The notes under the pieces were generated by a model. That model had not been told where the DNA came from, did no database searches, and saw nothing but the letters and a program-made list of their open reading frames with translations. A stretch of 64,000 bases of DNA. Origin: Squalus acanthias. Its lineage: Eukaryota. A program made the position numbers and the translations under genes. This document shows positions 50,538-63,329 of the stretch, piece by piece. Location: positions 28,336,001-28,400,000 of the forward strand of contig CM059433.1 of assembly GCA_030390025.1 (NCBI GenBank). Direction: 5' to 3'. How positions within the stretch are numbered: position 1 is the first letter of the stretch; each line of letters begins with the position of its first letter.

Positions 50538-53500
50538 TGCTCAACCACACCTTCACCTCCACCTTTGATGCCCTAGTCCCCATTAAAACCATTACTCTCT
50601 CTCTCCCTGGCCGTTCCTCTTGGTTCGGCCCTCATCTCCGCTCCCTTAAGTCCAAGGGATGCAGACATGAACGGATATGGCGGACAACTGGTTTAGCCAT
50701 TCACCGCCAGATCTGGCTGGACCACATAAAGCACTATCTGATTATGCTCTCACCTGCCAAAACTGCTTACTATTCCAGGATCATTCTGGAATGTAAAGAT
50801 AACCCCCCCGACTTCTTTTCTCTATTGCAAACCGTCATTTTAAACTGCTCTGCCCTGTTTCCTCCACCCTCACCTCCAATAACAAGTGTGAGGAGCTCAT
50901 GGACTTTTTTGTCACTAAGATTGAGACCATCCGATCAGCTGCCTCTGCCACATCACTTCCTTCCCCTAGCCCACCAGGCGAAACTTCCTCTTGGGTTCCC
51001 CCCCTGCCCTAGCCCTAAACTTGCATCTTTCTCCAGTTTCTCTCCGATCTCTCCTCACGCCCTCTCCAAGCTCATCTTGTCCATGAGACCCACTTCCTGC
51101 TCCCGCGACCCGATCCACACTAAACTGCTGAGCATCCAACTTCCATTCCTGGCTTCCATGTGAGCTGATATTGTTAACGGTTCTCTCTCTTCGGGTACTG
51201 TCCCTGCTCCTTCAAATCTGCCGTCATCACCCTTCTCCTCAAAAAATAACAACCTTTGACCCTACCGTCCTTGCGAACTACCGTCCCATCTTCAACCTCC
51301 CTTTCCTCTCAAAAGTCCTTGAATGTGTTGTCGCCTCCCAAATCTGTGCCCATCTTTCCTGGAACTCCCATATTTGAATCCCTCCAATCAGGTTTCTGCC
51401 CCTGCCACAGTACCGAAATGGCTTTTATCAAAGTCACAAATGAGATCCTATGTGATTGTGACAAAGATAAACTATCCCTCCTCGTCATTCTCGACCTGTC
51501 GGCAGCCTTTGACACGGTTGACCACACCAACCTCTCAACGCCTCTCCACTGTCGTCCAGCTGGGTGGAACTGCACTCGCCTGGTTCCATTCTATCTAATC
51601 ATAGCCAGAGAATCACCTGCAATGGCCTCTCTTCCCGCTACCACACCATTACCTCTGGTGTCCCTCGAGGATCTATCTTTGGCCCCCTCCTATTTCTCAT
51701 CTACATGCTGCCCCTCATCGACATCATCCGAAAACAAAGGCCGGAATTTTGCTCACCTCGGCGGGCCTGTGGCGGGTCCCGACCCCGCTGCTGGCTCCAT
51801 CCCGCTGTCCAAAACGATTTTCCCTTGATGGGGCTTGTTAAGCCCATCCAGCGCGTTTGCTGCACCCAGGCTATCCCAGCACGCAGGGAAATCCTCTTCC
51901 CTTCCTATGGGCGGAAGACAACTCCCCAGGAGACCAACGCAGCCTGGTTGCACATTGCACAGGAGGGCACAAGCAGGGATGTGGTCAGGAGGACCTAGTG
52001 CAGTGGCGCAAATCTTTCAATGATCTCAGTAGATTACAGAACGTTAGTACAAAGCCACACTCAACCTCACCCTGCTGTGCCACTCATCACATCCCCATCA
52101 CTCTAGCTTCCCTACCCTACTCCTGCACATTTTTCCTCACACCAACTTACCTTGCACCTCCACCCATCCCTCTCTATCTACAATATCACTTCCCCATCTC
52201 ACATAGCCACCCCTCACACTCACCCTCATCCTAGTTCAATCATACCAACCAACAACAACACAAGAGTAGCCACTTGGGTGTTTTATCCAAGGTTCATGTG
52301 AAGTTTCAGTTAATGTGCTGTCAAACATTGAAACATTTATTTTCAACACTTTGCGTTCTTGGACAGATTTGTGTGCACCTTTTGGAAGTGGCTTAGTGAG
52401 TTGCAGTGAATGGTGAGACATAATAGTACCCCCCGCAATGGTGGTGAGTGTGAAAGGAATGGCTTGGACATTGTAGGGATGCTTTATGTTTTTGGTGTGG
52501 GGTGGTGACAACCTGGCTCATCATGTGACACTCAGGGTGTACAGCGTCAAGTGAAGTAAATCTGGCCATGGTGAGGCCATCCCTGGCTTCCCAGGCAGCA
52601 ATGTGGTCGGGTGCTGATGCCCTCTGTCCTGTGCAGCATCAGGTGATTGCGGAGAAGGTTGGTGCTGCTGGTGTTGGGGCTTATCGTGGTGGGATTCTGA
52701 GGACCAAGGTGAGTCAGTGTAAAGGGCCACCCATGTTGATGGAATAGATGGCAGGTGAAGTAGAGATGACAGAAGCATTCTGTCAATGGTGAGAGAGTTC
52801 TCCCAATGAGGTGATACTGGATGGAAAGTGGAAAGCCTGCAGAATCTGCACAGGAAATGGACTGAGAAGCAGCTTGTGGCTGAGGAAAGTGATGATCTGT
52901 CAAGTGAGAGTTTTACTGTACATTTGAAGCCGTCAAGTAATCAGCTGGAGCAATGGCCATTCAACTCCCGCCTCAGGTTGAAAGCCGTGGTCCCCGAACA
53001 GCGTGGTTCCTGTGGCCATGAAGTTAAAATGAAAAGTTAAGTTAAAAAAGCCTGTTAATGATCTGGCAACTAGATTTTAGAGATTAATTGGGTCCCCACC
53101 ACTGCCTGTCGGGTCTGCTCAGCGCTGACCCGCTGTCAAAAAAAAAAACCCCACTTTCCCACCTGACCCATCACCGATCCCGCCCGCTGACCCTCCCGGA
53201 AAATTCCAGCCACAGTGTCAGTTTGCACATGTACGCTGATGATACCCAGTTCTACCTCACCACCACCCCTCTCAACCCTCCACTGACTCTAAACTGTCAG
53301 ACTGCCTGTCCGACATCCAGTACTCGTGAGCAGAAATTTCCTCCAACTAAATATTGGAAAGACCGAAGCCATTTTCTTTGGTCGCCTCCACAAACTCCAT
53401 TTCTAGCCACCGACTCCATCCCTCTCCCTGGCAACTGTCTGAGGCTAAACCAGACTTCACAACCTTGGTGTCATATTTGACCCTGAAATGAGCTTCCGAC

Positions 53501-54161
53501 CTCATATCTGTGCCACCACCAAGACTGCCCGACTCCGCCCCTGCCTCAGCTCATCTGCTGCTGAAACCCTCATCCATGCCTTTCTTACGTCTTGACTTGA
53601 CTATTCCAACACACTTCTGGCCAGCCTCCCATATTCTATCCTCCGTAAACTTGAGGTCATCCAAAACTCTGCTGCCTGTGTCTTAACTCGTACCAAGTCC
53701 TGTTCATCCATCACCCTTGTGCTCGCTGACCTACACTGGCTCCCGGTTAAGCAACTCCTCGACTTTAAAATTCTCATCCTTGTTTTCAAATCTCTCCATG
53801 GCCTCGCCCCCTCCCTATCCATGTAATCTCCTCCAGCCCCAAAACCCTCCGAGGTATCTGCGCTGCTCTAATTCTGACCTCTTGAGCCTCCCTGATTTTA
53901 ATAGCTCCACCATTGGCAGCTGTGCCTTCAACTGCAATGATCCTAAGCTCTGGAATTCCCCCTCTAAACCACTCCACTTCTCTACCTCTCTTTCCTCCTT
54001 TGAGACACTCTGTAAAACCTACTTTTTAGACCAATCTTTTGGACATCTGCCCTAATATCTCTCTCTATGTGGCTCGGTGTCAAATTTTGTTCTATAACGC
54101 TCCTGTGCAGCGCCTTGGGACGTTTTACTATGTTAAAGGCGCTATATAAATACAAGTTGTT
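50538..54161 (+). mobile_element. L2 LINE (RT region to tail), interrupted by a Harbinger element
   Basis: [38 protein letters not shown], then HMYADDTQFY after the insertion; L2 tail at 54095-54161. Confidence 0.9.
51739..53211. mobile_element. PIF/Harbinger deletion derivative with Myb/SANT-like ORF remnant
   Basis: TIRs GGCCGGAATTTT and, as reverse complement, GGCTGGAATTTT; 3-bp TSD aaa/aca inside the L2 RT. The + strand remnant [29 protein letters not shown] fits the Harbinger Myb-like protein. Confidence 0.85.
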
Positions 54162-54649
54162 CCTGTATATGGTGTTATGATGGGTCTTTTCACTGTTAAA
54201 AGTTTGAGACTGTATGATGCAAGACAACTTCTATTGCAGTGAGTCTATCACCCTCTGTTTGTGTAATCTGGCCACTGGGACCCCGCAGATATCTGTGCAT
54301 TCTGAATTCTTTTTCATGCACCATTTTTTTTCTCAGTAACTAAAATTTCTGATGTCTAAAATAAGGGCTCAAACAAAATGGGGAAAGAAATCAAAAACTG
54401 CTTAGTTCACACCAACATAATTACATTTATCCATTGAATTGTTTTGTGTTCTTTGTCCTTTCCATTAAATATATTTACTTGCAGGCCTCGGCCTCTCCCA
54501 AAAGTCTGGACTTGGACTTGATATTTTTCCGCAGCCCTGTGACTGTGAGCTGAATTTGGATTCTGCAGCCTCAGCATGTGCAGTGGGCCTAATTTCCCCG
54601 GGTGCTTCAGCACTGCTTAGTCAGCTCTATTGATGGGATGCTTTCCTTA

Positions 54650-55470
54650 AACAACCACTTGCATTTAGATAGTGCCTTTAACTTAACAAAACATCACAGG
54701 ACGCTTCGCAGAGTGTAATCAGAAAATCATTGACACTTAGCCAAAGAAGGATACATTGGCGCGGGTGACTAAAAGCTTGGTTGAAGAGGTAGGTATTAAG
54801 GAGGCTGTTAAAGGAGGAGAGAGAGAGAGGTGACGAAGTTTAGCGATGGAATTCCTGAGCTTACGGCCTCTACAGCTGAAAGCACGGCCGCCAATGATGG
54901 GGCCAAGTGAGTAGTAGATGCACGAGAGGCCAGAGTTGGAGGAACGCAGTGATCTCAGAGGGTTATAGGGCTAGAGGAGGTTAGAGAGATGGGTGAGCGA
55001 TACTTGGTGTGGGTTGGGATAGGGGCAGCATAGTTTTGAATGAGCTCAAGTTTATGGAGGGTATAAGACAGGATACCAGTCAGTCGAGCATAGGAATAGT
55101 TCAGTCTAGAAGTAACAAAAGCTGGGATGAGGGCTTCAGCAACAGATAAGCTGAGGCGGGGCAGAGATGGGCAATGTTACGGAGGTGGAAGGGGGCGGTC
55201 TTTGTGATGTTGTCAACATATATGTGGAACCTGGCAATGTCTTCAGATGGCGTTTCCGAGGGGCAGCACGTAGACGAGAAATAGGAGGGGCTATGGATAA
55301 ATTCTTGGGGGACTCCAGAGGTAACGGCACGAGTCAGGAAGAGAAGCCATTGCTTGACATTCTCTGGCTACGTCTGGATAGATAAGGGTAAAACCAGGCA
55401 AAGGCTGTCCCACTCAGCTGGGCAATGGAGGAGAAGCGTTGGAGGAGGATGGTATTGTCAACCGTGTCAA
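54650..55470 (-). mobile_element. Diverged L2 LINE fragment
   Basis: Reverse-complemented tail at 54650-54710 and tcaaccgtgtcaaa (FDTVD antisense) at about 55460. Confidence 0.75.
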
Positions 55471-55719
55471 AGACTGTATCTTTTGTTATTTACCCTTTCA
55501 AAACCTTTTCAGGAGTTTGAAAACCCCTATTCGATCTAATTTTTCAAGCCTTTCTAAATAACTATAAGTTCTCGTTGCTGGTATCATTCTAGTAAATCTT
55601 CACTGTACCTGTTCCATCTAAGAGTGGGTCAGGAAGGGACAGAGACAGTAACAAAGGTAATAGGGCATCAGTGACTAAAGTGGCATCAGGGAAAAATAGA
55701 AAAAAGTCAAAGCTAAGGG

Positions 55720-57215
55720 CACTATATCTGAGCGCGCGAAACATTCGCAACAAAATAGATGGGTTAATAGCACAGATAGAAATTAATAGGTTTGATCTAA
55801 TAGCCATTACGGAGACGTGGTTGCAAAGTGACCAAGGTTGGGTACTAAATATTCCAGGATACTTAAATTTTAGAAGAGATGGGCAAAATGGAAAAGGAGG
55901 AGGGGAGCCCTGATAAAGGATGGGATAAAGACAGTAGAGAAAGGATCTTAACTCCGAAAATCAAGAAGTAGAATCAGTTTGGGTGGAGCTAAGAAACAGC
56001 AGGGGGCAGAAAACATTGTTGGGAGTTGTTTATAGGCCCCCAAACAGTAGTTGTAATGTAGGGCAGGGTATACATCAGGAAATTAGTGGCGCATGTAACA
56101 AGGGTAGTACAGTAATCATGGGGGACTTTAATCTACATATCGACTGGGCAAACCAAATTTGCAGTAATAGTGTGGAGGATAAATTAATGGAATGTATACA
56201 AGATAGTTTTCTGATCAGCATGTTGAGAAACCAACTCAAACAGGCTATTTTAGATCTAGTATTGTGCAATGAGAAAGGGTTAATTAATAACCTTGTAGTA
56301 AAGGGGCCTTTAAGGAAGAGTGACCATAATATGATAGAATTTTATATTGAGTTTGAAAGTGATTTAGTTAAATCCGAAACTCGGGTCTTAAATCTAAACA
56401 AAGCAAACTACATTGGCTAAGGTAAATTGGAAAACAACAGTAAAAGGTATGACGGTAGAGAAGCAATGACTAGCATTTAAAGAACTAATACATACTTTAC
56501 AACAAATATACATTCCTTTAAGGCACAAAAACCTCACCGGAAAATGGTCCAACCGTGGCTAACAAGAGATGTTGAAGATAATATTAGATCAAAGGAAGAG
56601 GCTTATAATGTTGCCAAAAAGAGTAGTAAGCCTGAGGATTGGGTGGATTTTAGAATTCAGCAAAGGAGGGCCAAGAAATTGATAAGGAAAGAGAGAAAAA
56701 ATGAGAGTAAATTTATGAAAGGGAAATCGTGTTTGACAAATCTGTTAGAGTTTTTTGAAGAAGGTGCCACACAAGAGGTTATTACACAAAATTAGGACTC
56801 ATTGTATGAGAGGTAATATATTAGGTGATCTAATTGAAACATATAAAATTCTTAAGGGGCTTGACAGGGTTAATGATGGGAAAATGTTTCCCCTGGCTGG
56901 GGAATCTAGAACACTGGGTCACGGTCACAGAATAAGGGGTAGGCCATTTAAGGACTGAGATGAGAAATTTCTTCACTCAAACGGTTGTGAATCTTTGGAA
57001 TTCTCTACCCCAGAGGGCTGTGGATGCTCAGTCGTTTAATATATTCAAGACAGAGGTCGATAAATTTTTGGAAACGAAGGGAATTAAGGGATATGGGGAT
57101 AGTGCGGGAAGGTGGAATTGAGGTAGAAGATCAGGTAGGATCTTGTTGAATGGCGGAGCAGGCTTGAAGGGCCAAATGGCCAACTCCTGCTCCTATTTCT
57201 TACATTTTTATGTTC
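55720..57215 (+). mobile_element. CR1 LINE with endonuclease domain and large internal deletions
   Basis: LYLSARNIRNK..AITETWL, VYRPPNS, MGDFN and SDHN motifs; jumps to GKSCLTNLLEFF, then the 3' tail. Confidence 0.88.
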
Positions 57216-57609
57216 TTGTAATATCCATCCTATAATGAGGCGCCAAGAACTGTGCACAAATGTGGCCTAATTAGTGCCTTGCACAAATTCAACATGCCTC
57301 CCTCACTTCTATATTCAGTGTTCCTATGTATAAGCCAGGATACTTGGCCTTTTTAAAAAAATATATATTTTTCATCTAGATTGGGAAGAGCAGAGTAGCT
57401 GAAGTCAGAAAGGTAGTGAATTTCTTGAGTGCATTCAAGATAGTTTTCTGGAGCAATAAGTTCCAGAACCAACGAGGGCAGGCTGTACTAGATTTGCAAT
57501 GAGCTAGACATAGGATTTTGAAAGGAATTGATCGGGTAGATATAGAACCATTTTTTCTGCTGGTGGGGCAGTCTAAGACAAGGGAACGTAACATTAAAAT
57601 CAGTACAAT

Positions 57610-58058
57610 CGCAAAATACTGCGGATGCTGGAAATCTGAAATAACAGAAAATGCTGGAAACACTCGGCAGGCCAGGCAGCATCCGTGGAGAGAGAAACAG
57701 AGTTAACGTTTCAGGCCTGTGACCCTTCATCAGAACTGGAAAAAGTTAGAGATGTAACTGGTTTTAAGCAGGTGCAGAGGCAGGGGAAGAAAGAACAAAA
57801 GGAATAGTCTGTGCTAGGGTGGAAGGCAGAAGTGATTAAATGTTGCAAACGGGGATGGCAGAATCATCAACAGCTGCCGTGTGGAAAAAATAGGGGCAGA
57901 GGTTATAGTCTGAACTTGTTGAACTCTGAGTCCATAAGGCTGTAAAGTTGCCTAATCGAAAGATGAGGTGCTGTTCCTCGAGCTTACGTTGAGCTTCATT
58001 GGAACACTGTAAGAGGCCGAGGTCAGAGTGGGAGTGGAGCGGAGAATTAAAGTTACAG
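57610..58058 (-). mobile_element. Penelope family-2 remnant inserted in a CR1 fragment, with hammerhead
   Basis: GIY-YIG C-terminal coding (..SNEAQRKLEEQHLIFRLG..) plus pLTR. Confidence 0.85.
57698..57738 (-). ncRNA. Minimal hammerhead ribozyme motif (intact core)
   Basis: Minus strand AGUU-CUGAUGA-a-GGGUC(aca)GGCCU-GAAAC-GUU-AACU: stem I AGUU/AACU, stem II, palindromic AACGUU stem III. Confidence 0.75.
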
Positions 58059-58489
58059 GAGGGAAGTTGGGAAATGATTCTTCACACAAAGAGTTGCAGA
58101 CAAAAATGCAGTAGATGCTAGCTCAATTAATTTTCAATCTGTGATTGATAAATTTTTGCTAGCCATGGATCTTAAGGGATATGGAGCCACGATGGGTGGA
58201 TGGAGTGAAGATGCAGATTAGCCATTGAATGGTGGAATAGGCTCGAGGGGCTGAATGGCCTACTCCTGTTCCTGATCCCTTTTTGTTTGGAGGTCCCCCT
58301 GTAGTAATGTGTTGCAGCAGTGGGATGTTTTGATGTAGGTAACAGTGATATCATTTATGGAAGTCCTTCAAACAAACTTGATGTGAAGCAAATTCTTGCC
58401 AAAACAAAGCTCCAGGTGGCAGTGTTAAACAAGGACACAATTTTCGAGACCACAAGTTCTAGGATAGGTTATTCTTCTACTTTGAATTT

Positions 58490-58840
58490 ATGAAACACAG
58501 AAAGCTAGCATGCAGGTACAGCAAGCAATTAGGAAGGCAAATGGCATGTTGGCCTTTATTGCAAGGGGGTTGTTGTACAAGATTAAGGAAGTCTCAGGAT
58601 AAGTGTTGGCCATTTAAGACTGAGATGAGGAGAAATTTCTTCACTTAGGGTTGTGAATCTTTGGAATTCTCTGCCCCAAAGGGATGTGAATGCTCAGTCA
58701 TTGAGTATATTCAAGGCTGAGATAGTTGATTTTTGGACTCTCGGGGAATCAAGGGGTGTGGAGATCAGCCATGATCTTATTGAATGGCGGAGCAGGCTCG
58801 AGGGGCCGTATGGCCTACTCCTCCTATTTCCTATGTTTCG
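58490..58840 (+). mobile_element. CR1 fragment with internal deletion
   Basis: QVQQAIRKANGMLAFIARG joined to 3' end and tail. Confidence 0.75.
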
Positions 58841-59339
58841 GCATCCTGATAATATTTGGTAGTCATGGGTTTTAATACAATACATTCTTTGCTCATCACT
58901 TGGAAAGAAATAAACATAGACACACTTGGTTACAGCACACAAAGATTTCAGGAAGGTTGAAAGTACAATGCTTTGCAGCACCTGTATTAAGTATTATTAC
59001 ATCCTGAAGCACCATGAAGTGTGCGAGCCTGCAGCAGGTAATCTGAGATGTGTTGTGTCGGAAATGTTTCAGATAAGTTGTAGGGCATTTTGACCAAAAT
59101 AATGACCTTACAGCACAGGTCAATATTTGGCTTACTGTTTCAGGGAATCGATAATAAAACAGAGATCCCGATTCAAAATAAGCCTTGACAGAAGCAAATT
59201 CATTTTTTTTTAAAGACTTTTTTTTACTTGTGTGCCAGAATAATGTCTTCACCACCGTAGACCTCTTGAGGACACAGTGTTGTATTGAAGAGTTTCCAGC
59301 TGTGCAAGGGTGAAGCTCCTGAGCTGAGCTTCCAACCCC

Positions 59340-59692
59340 ATTTCCTCTCCCATCACCAAGACCGCCTACTTCCACATCTGTAATATCACCCGTCTCCGTC
59401 CCTGCCTCAGCCCATCTGCTACTGAAACCCTCATCCATTCCTTTGTTACCTCCAGAGAGAGGTAGAGAAGCGGAGAGCTTTAGGGATGGAATTCCAGAGC
59501 TTACGGCCTAGACAGCTGAAGACATGGCCGTCAATGGTGGAGCGATGAAAATGGGGGATGCGCAAGAGGCCAGAATTGGAGGAGTGCAGAGGTCTCATTG
59601 GGGTTGTGGGGCTGGAGGAGGTTACAGAGGTAGGGAGGGGCGAGGCCATGGAAGGATTTGAATACATGGATGAGAATTTTAAATTCGAGACA
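59340..59692. mobile_element. L2 fragments joined in opposite orientation (+ 59340-59455, - 59455-59692)
   Basis: Comparison with the 53500-54000 L2 copy. Confidence 0.7.
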
Positions 59693-60214
59693 CAACTTTT
59701 GAGGGTTGACCACGCGGACTCACGGTGGCAGTGAATTGGAGTTAGTATGCTGCTACACTGACGCCACCAATTTTTTTTCATACTTTCTCTGTGAGCCCGT
59801 ATTCCAGGAGACAGCGTGTTAAAGCTCCTTTGCCATCATAGCCCTCTTCATGACAGCATTCTGTGTTGGAGAGTTCTTGGTGCTGCGTGAAAGATCCGAT
59901 GTGAAGCATTTTTCCTAGCCACACAATATCTTGGTGCTGTTTTTCAGAGCTGGGGACGAGACCCTCTGTCTGAACTTTTGAGTGTACAAAGGCAGCCTCA
60001 CTCTCAAGTAACAAGCTATATTTGCATTAAATCATTTTCAATGTCTGATTTACAAACTGTGCCTTGGCTTGTTTTGAAATAACTGGACTGACTATTAGAT
60101 GGTTAATGTGATTTTCTTTGTTGTGAAGGAGAAAGTGATTTCTTGGTATTGTAAGATCTAGTGGAACAGTGCTAAAAACAATAAGTGGGGGGAGTGAAAA
60201 GGAGTGTGGCAGTG

Positions 60215-60470
60215 GTTGGTTCCTACATGGACCACGACAACTGGATCCTCCCCCTCCCACTCCAAGTTCTTCTCCAGGCGCGAGGAGATGTCCTTTACCG
60301 GGCAGGCAACACAATTTTCGGAACTCCCAATCACGGCTGCAGAGGACAGTATCTATCCCGCTGACTGTACTGTCCCTGAGCACTACCACACACTTTATCA
60401 CTCCCCCCCACTTGAATGGTCTCCTGTGCCATGATGCTGTGGTCAGTTTGCTCATCCATCCTGCAGAAGG
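60215..60470 (-). mobile_element. CR1 ORF1 esterase fragment
   Basis: VVVLRDSTVSGIDTVLCSRD..LCCLPG and VVVHVGTN-like sequence. Confidence 0.7.
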
Positions 60471-60479
60471 TTCACTCGA

Positions 60480-61005
60480 CTGGTTCCTGGGATGGGGGCG
60501 GGGGGGGGATTGTCCTATGAGGAGAGATTGAGGAGACTCGGGCTATATGTCCTAGAGTTTAGAAGAGTGAGAAGTGATCTCATTGAAACATTATAAAATT
60601 CGTAAGGGTCTTGACAGGGTAGATGCTGAGAGGATGTTTACTCTGGCTGGGGAGTCCAGAATTAGGGGGTCACAGTTTCAGAATAAGGCCTCGGCGATTT
60701 AGGACTGAGATGAGAAATTTCTTCACTCAAAGGGTTGTGAATCTTTGGAATTCTCTACCCCAGAGGGCTGTAGATGCTTAGTCGTTGAGTATATTCAAGA
60801 CAGAGATTGACAGATATTTGGATTGGAAGGGAATCAAGGGATATGGGGATAATGTGTGAAGGTGGAGTTGAGGTAGAAGATCAGCCGTGCTCTTATTCAA
60901 TGGTAGAGCAGGCTCAAAGGGCCAAATGGCCTACTCCTGCTCCTATTTATAGAATCATAGAAGATAGGAGCAGGAGTAGGCCATTCGGGCCCCTCTTGTG
61001 TTCTT
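60480..61005 (+). mobile_element. CR1 3' fragment whose tail carries a short inverted tail copy
   Basis: RRVRSDLIET..RIRGHSFRIR; tail hairpin at 60925-60985. Confidence 0.8.
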
Positions 61006-62959
61006 AATTCCAATCTCTTGCTGATTTCCACCTCCCCCCCCCATTCCATCCTTAAGGATAGGATCATTGTTTTTACAGATGAAATAAGGATTAATTTAAT
61101 GAGCATGGTAGTATTTGTGTGTGATAAAGTAACTTTAATAGTTCACGCATTCTGAAAGTCATATAATAGAATTAAGTACATCAACTGCTTTGTTTGATTC
61201 ATTTGTTGTGAGTTAATGGAATATTCAGAAAAGCTCAAGAGTTAGCTAACAGTAATGAGAACATGCTTTTTAACAGATGGTCTAATGGGCTTCTTGGAAC
61301 AGAATACTTCAGAATATCTGCTTATAAGTTAATAGCGAAATTACTCAAATTTATTGGACAGCTTGGTCTCTCTTGAAGAAAGTCTGTACAAACAATTAGC
61401 TGGAGTAAATTGTGTGGAAGTTTTTTTTTTTGAGAAGTCGATGCATTCTTTCTCATACAACTGTCACCATTTGTATTGTGGACTGGTATTTCAATGTGAT
61501 ATTTTATACAACTGGTACAATTATGTAAGCTGTCCGAACACTTTTATCGAAAAAAATTATTTACCAGAAGAAATTTGCAACCTGCTCTGAAAATTGAGTA
61601 CCATCCCTGAATAAATGGACCAGGGTAATCGGGTTAAACCAACACAGGTTTCTCACCAAATGTCCCAGGTGTGCGTGCTCACTCGGTTTTTACCAAACAC
61701 ACTGATGAGGGTTTCTGCATTTTCATGGTACAGTAATTGACTAGTATTCCTCTAGTAGAAAGAGAAAAGATCATATATACAGTTTGCAAGTTATTGCTGA
61801 CAAGAGTGGAGGAACATGCATATTAATTTATCCAAGTGAAATAATTCCTGCATATTGCAATACCATAAGATCACTGGTGCAACAAATGAGTATATTGCCT
61901 ATTTAACTCTCCCACTAAGGAGTTGGATGAGTTTTAACATATGCAGCTAATTCACAGGAATGACTTCAAATGTAATTTGGCTTGGAAAAATAACGTGCAA
62001 ATCAAACTGCTGCTTCTCGAGGCCACTTTTAATATTCAGATTTGGGATTGCAGAAAATTGTCCATTCTTCCTCCCAGTATTTTATTTTTCATACAGAACC
62101 TACGTTTGGAAGCGGCAGTAAATTGAAGAGGAGAGCTGAGGCCAACCTGCTACAGTGGCTAGATAAGCGAGAGCGGCGGCGCACAAACAATTGAGGGGGT
62201 CTGATAAAAATCATATGAAAATAAAATCTCACAGCATGGGCGAGTGCCATATTCTTGGAAATCATCTGCTGGGAGTTGATGTAGACGTCGTGAGTCGTCT
62301 TCTCCTGCGTTTCCCCCCCCCCCCCCCCCTCTCCACAATGTATTTTTGAGTGCCTGCTTGCTCAGTTTTTAGTTGTCTGACGCAAATGCTATTTTTTCAA
62401 TGGATTGAATGGCCTCAGTTTTTCAGTAAATTGATTTTTTTCTTTTCTGCCTCCCCAAGGCAATGAAAACTTCATCTTCATACAGTTACCTTTAGGTGGC
62501 CTCAGATGTTGTGCTGCAGAAAATTGTTTAATATGCAGTGAAAACATTGCATTGCTCCACTTTTGTTCATCAAAACTGTCTCATCGCAATTGTATGCATC
62601 CAGGTAAATCTATGGAGATGACAGGTGTACTGAAGCGACTGCCCCATCATCTTTGGGAATATGGAGGGAAAAGAGTACTTTTAGCAGTGAACCTAAATTT
62701 ATTAACAATACGTGTAACAATTTTTAGAAGATAGAATTATTTCTACGCCATATGTTAAGCATCAGGGTTACGGCGAAGCTGTGGTAGGTAACAAAGAAGG
62801 GTTGGCTCTTTCCTTAAGGAAGAACTGAAATGTAGTTTTAACATGAAATGGATCTAGTTTATTTGTGCGTTGACATGCAGTGTGTACTGTCTGCACTTAT
62901 TTTTGTGGAAATATGTAAATATATCTCCAGGATCCAGAACTGAGTGGTTATACCGGATG

Positions 62960-63329
62960 GGGCTGAGGGGTGCCCTGATACAGGTCTTCAAAATTTTGAA
63001 AGGGTTTGTTAGGGTAGACGTAGAAAAGATGCTTCCACTTGTGGGCGACACCAGAATTAGGGACCATAAATATAAGATAGTCACCAATAAATCCAATAGG
63101 GAATTCCGGAGAACCCAGAGAGTGGTGAGAATGTGGAACTCGCTACCACAAGGAGTATTTGAGGCGAATAGCATAGATGCATTTAAGGGGAAGCTAGATA
63201 AACACATGAGGAAGGAAAGGAATAGAAGGTTATGCTGACAGGGTTAGATGAAGAGAGGCTCGTGTGGAGCATAAACACTGGCACAAACCAGTTGGGCCGA
63301 ATGGCCTGTTTCTGTGCTGTAAATTCTAT
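62960..63329 (+). mobile_element. CR1 3' fragment
   Basis: LRGALIQVFKILKG..RVVRMWNSLPQ; tail present. Confidence 0.8.

Noticed and set aside
59780..59920. Peptide FAIIALFMTAFCVGEFLV faintly like a DIRS/Crypton tyrosine recombinase motif
   Set aside because: Too short and degenerate; no other recombinase motifs found. Would need a tBLASTn or HMM hit.
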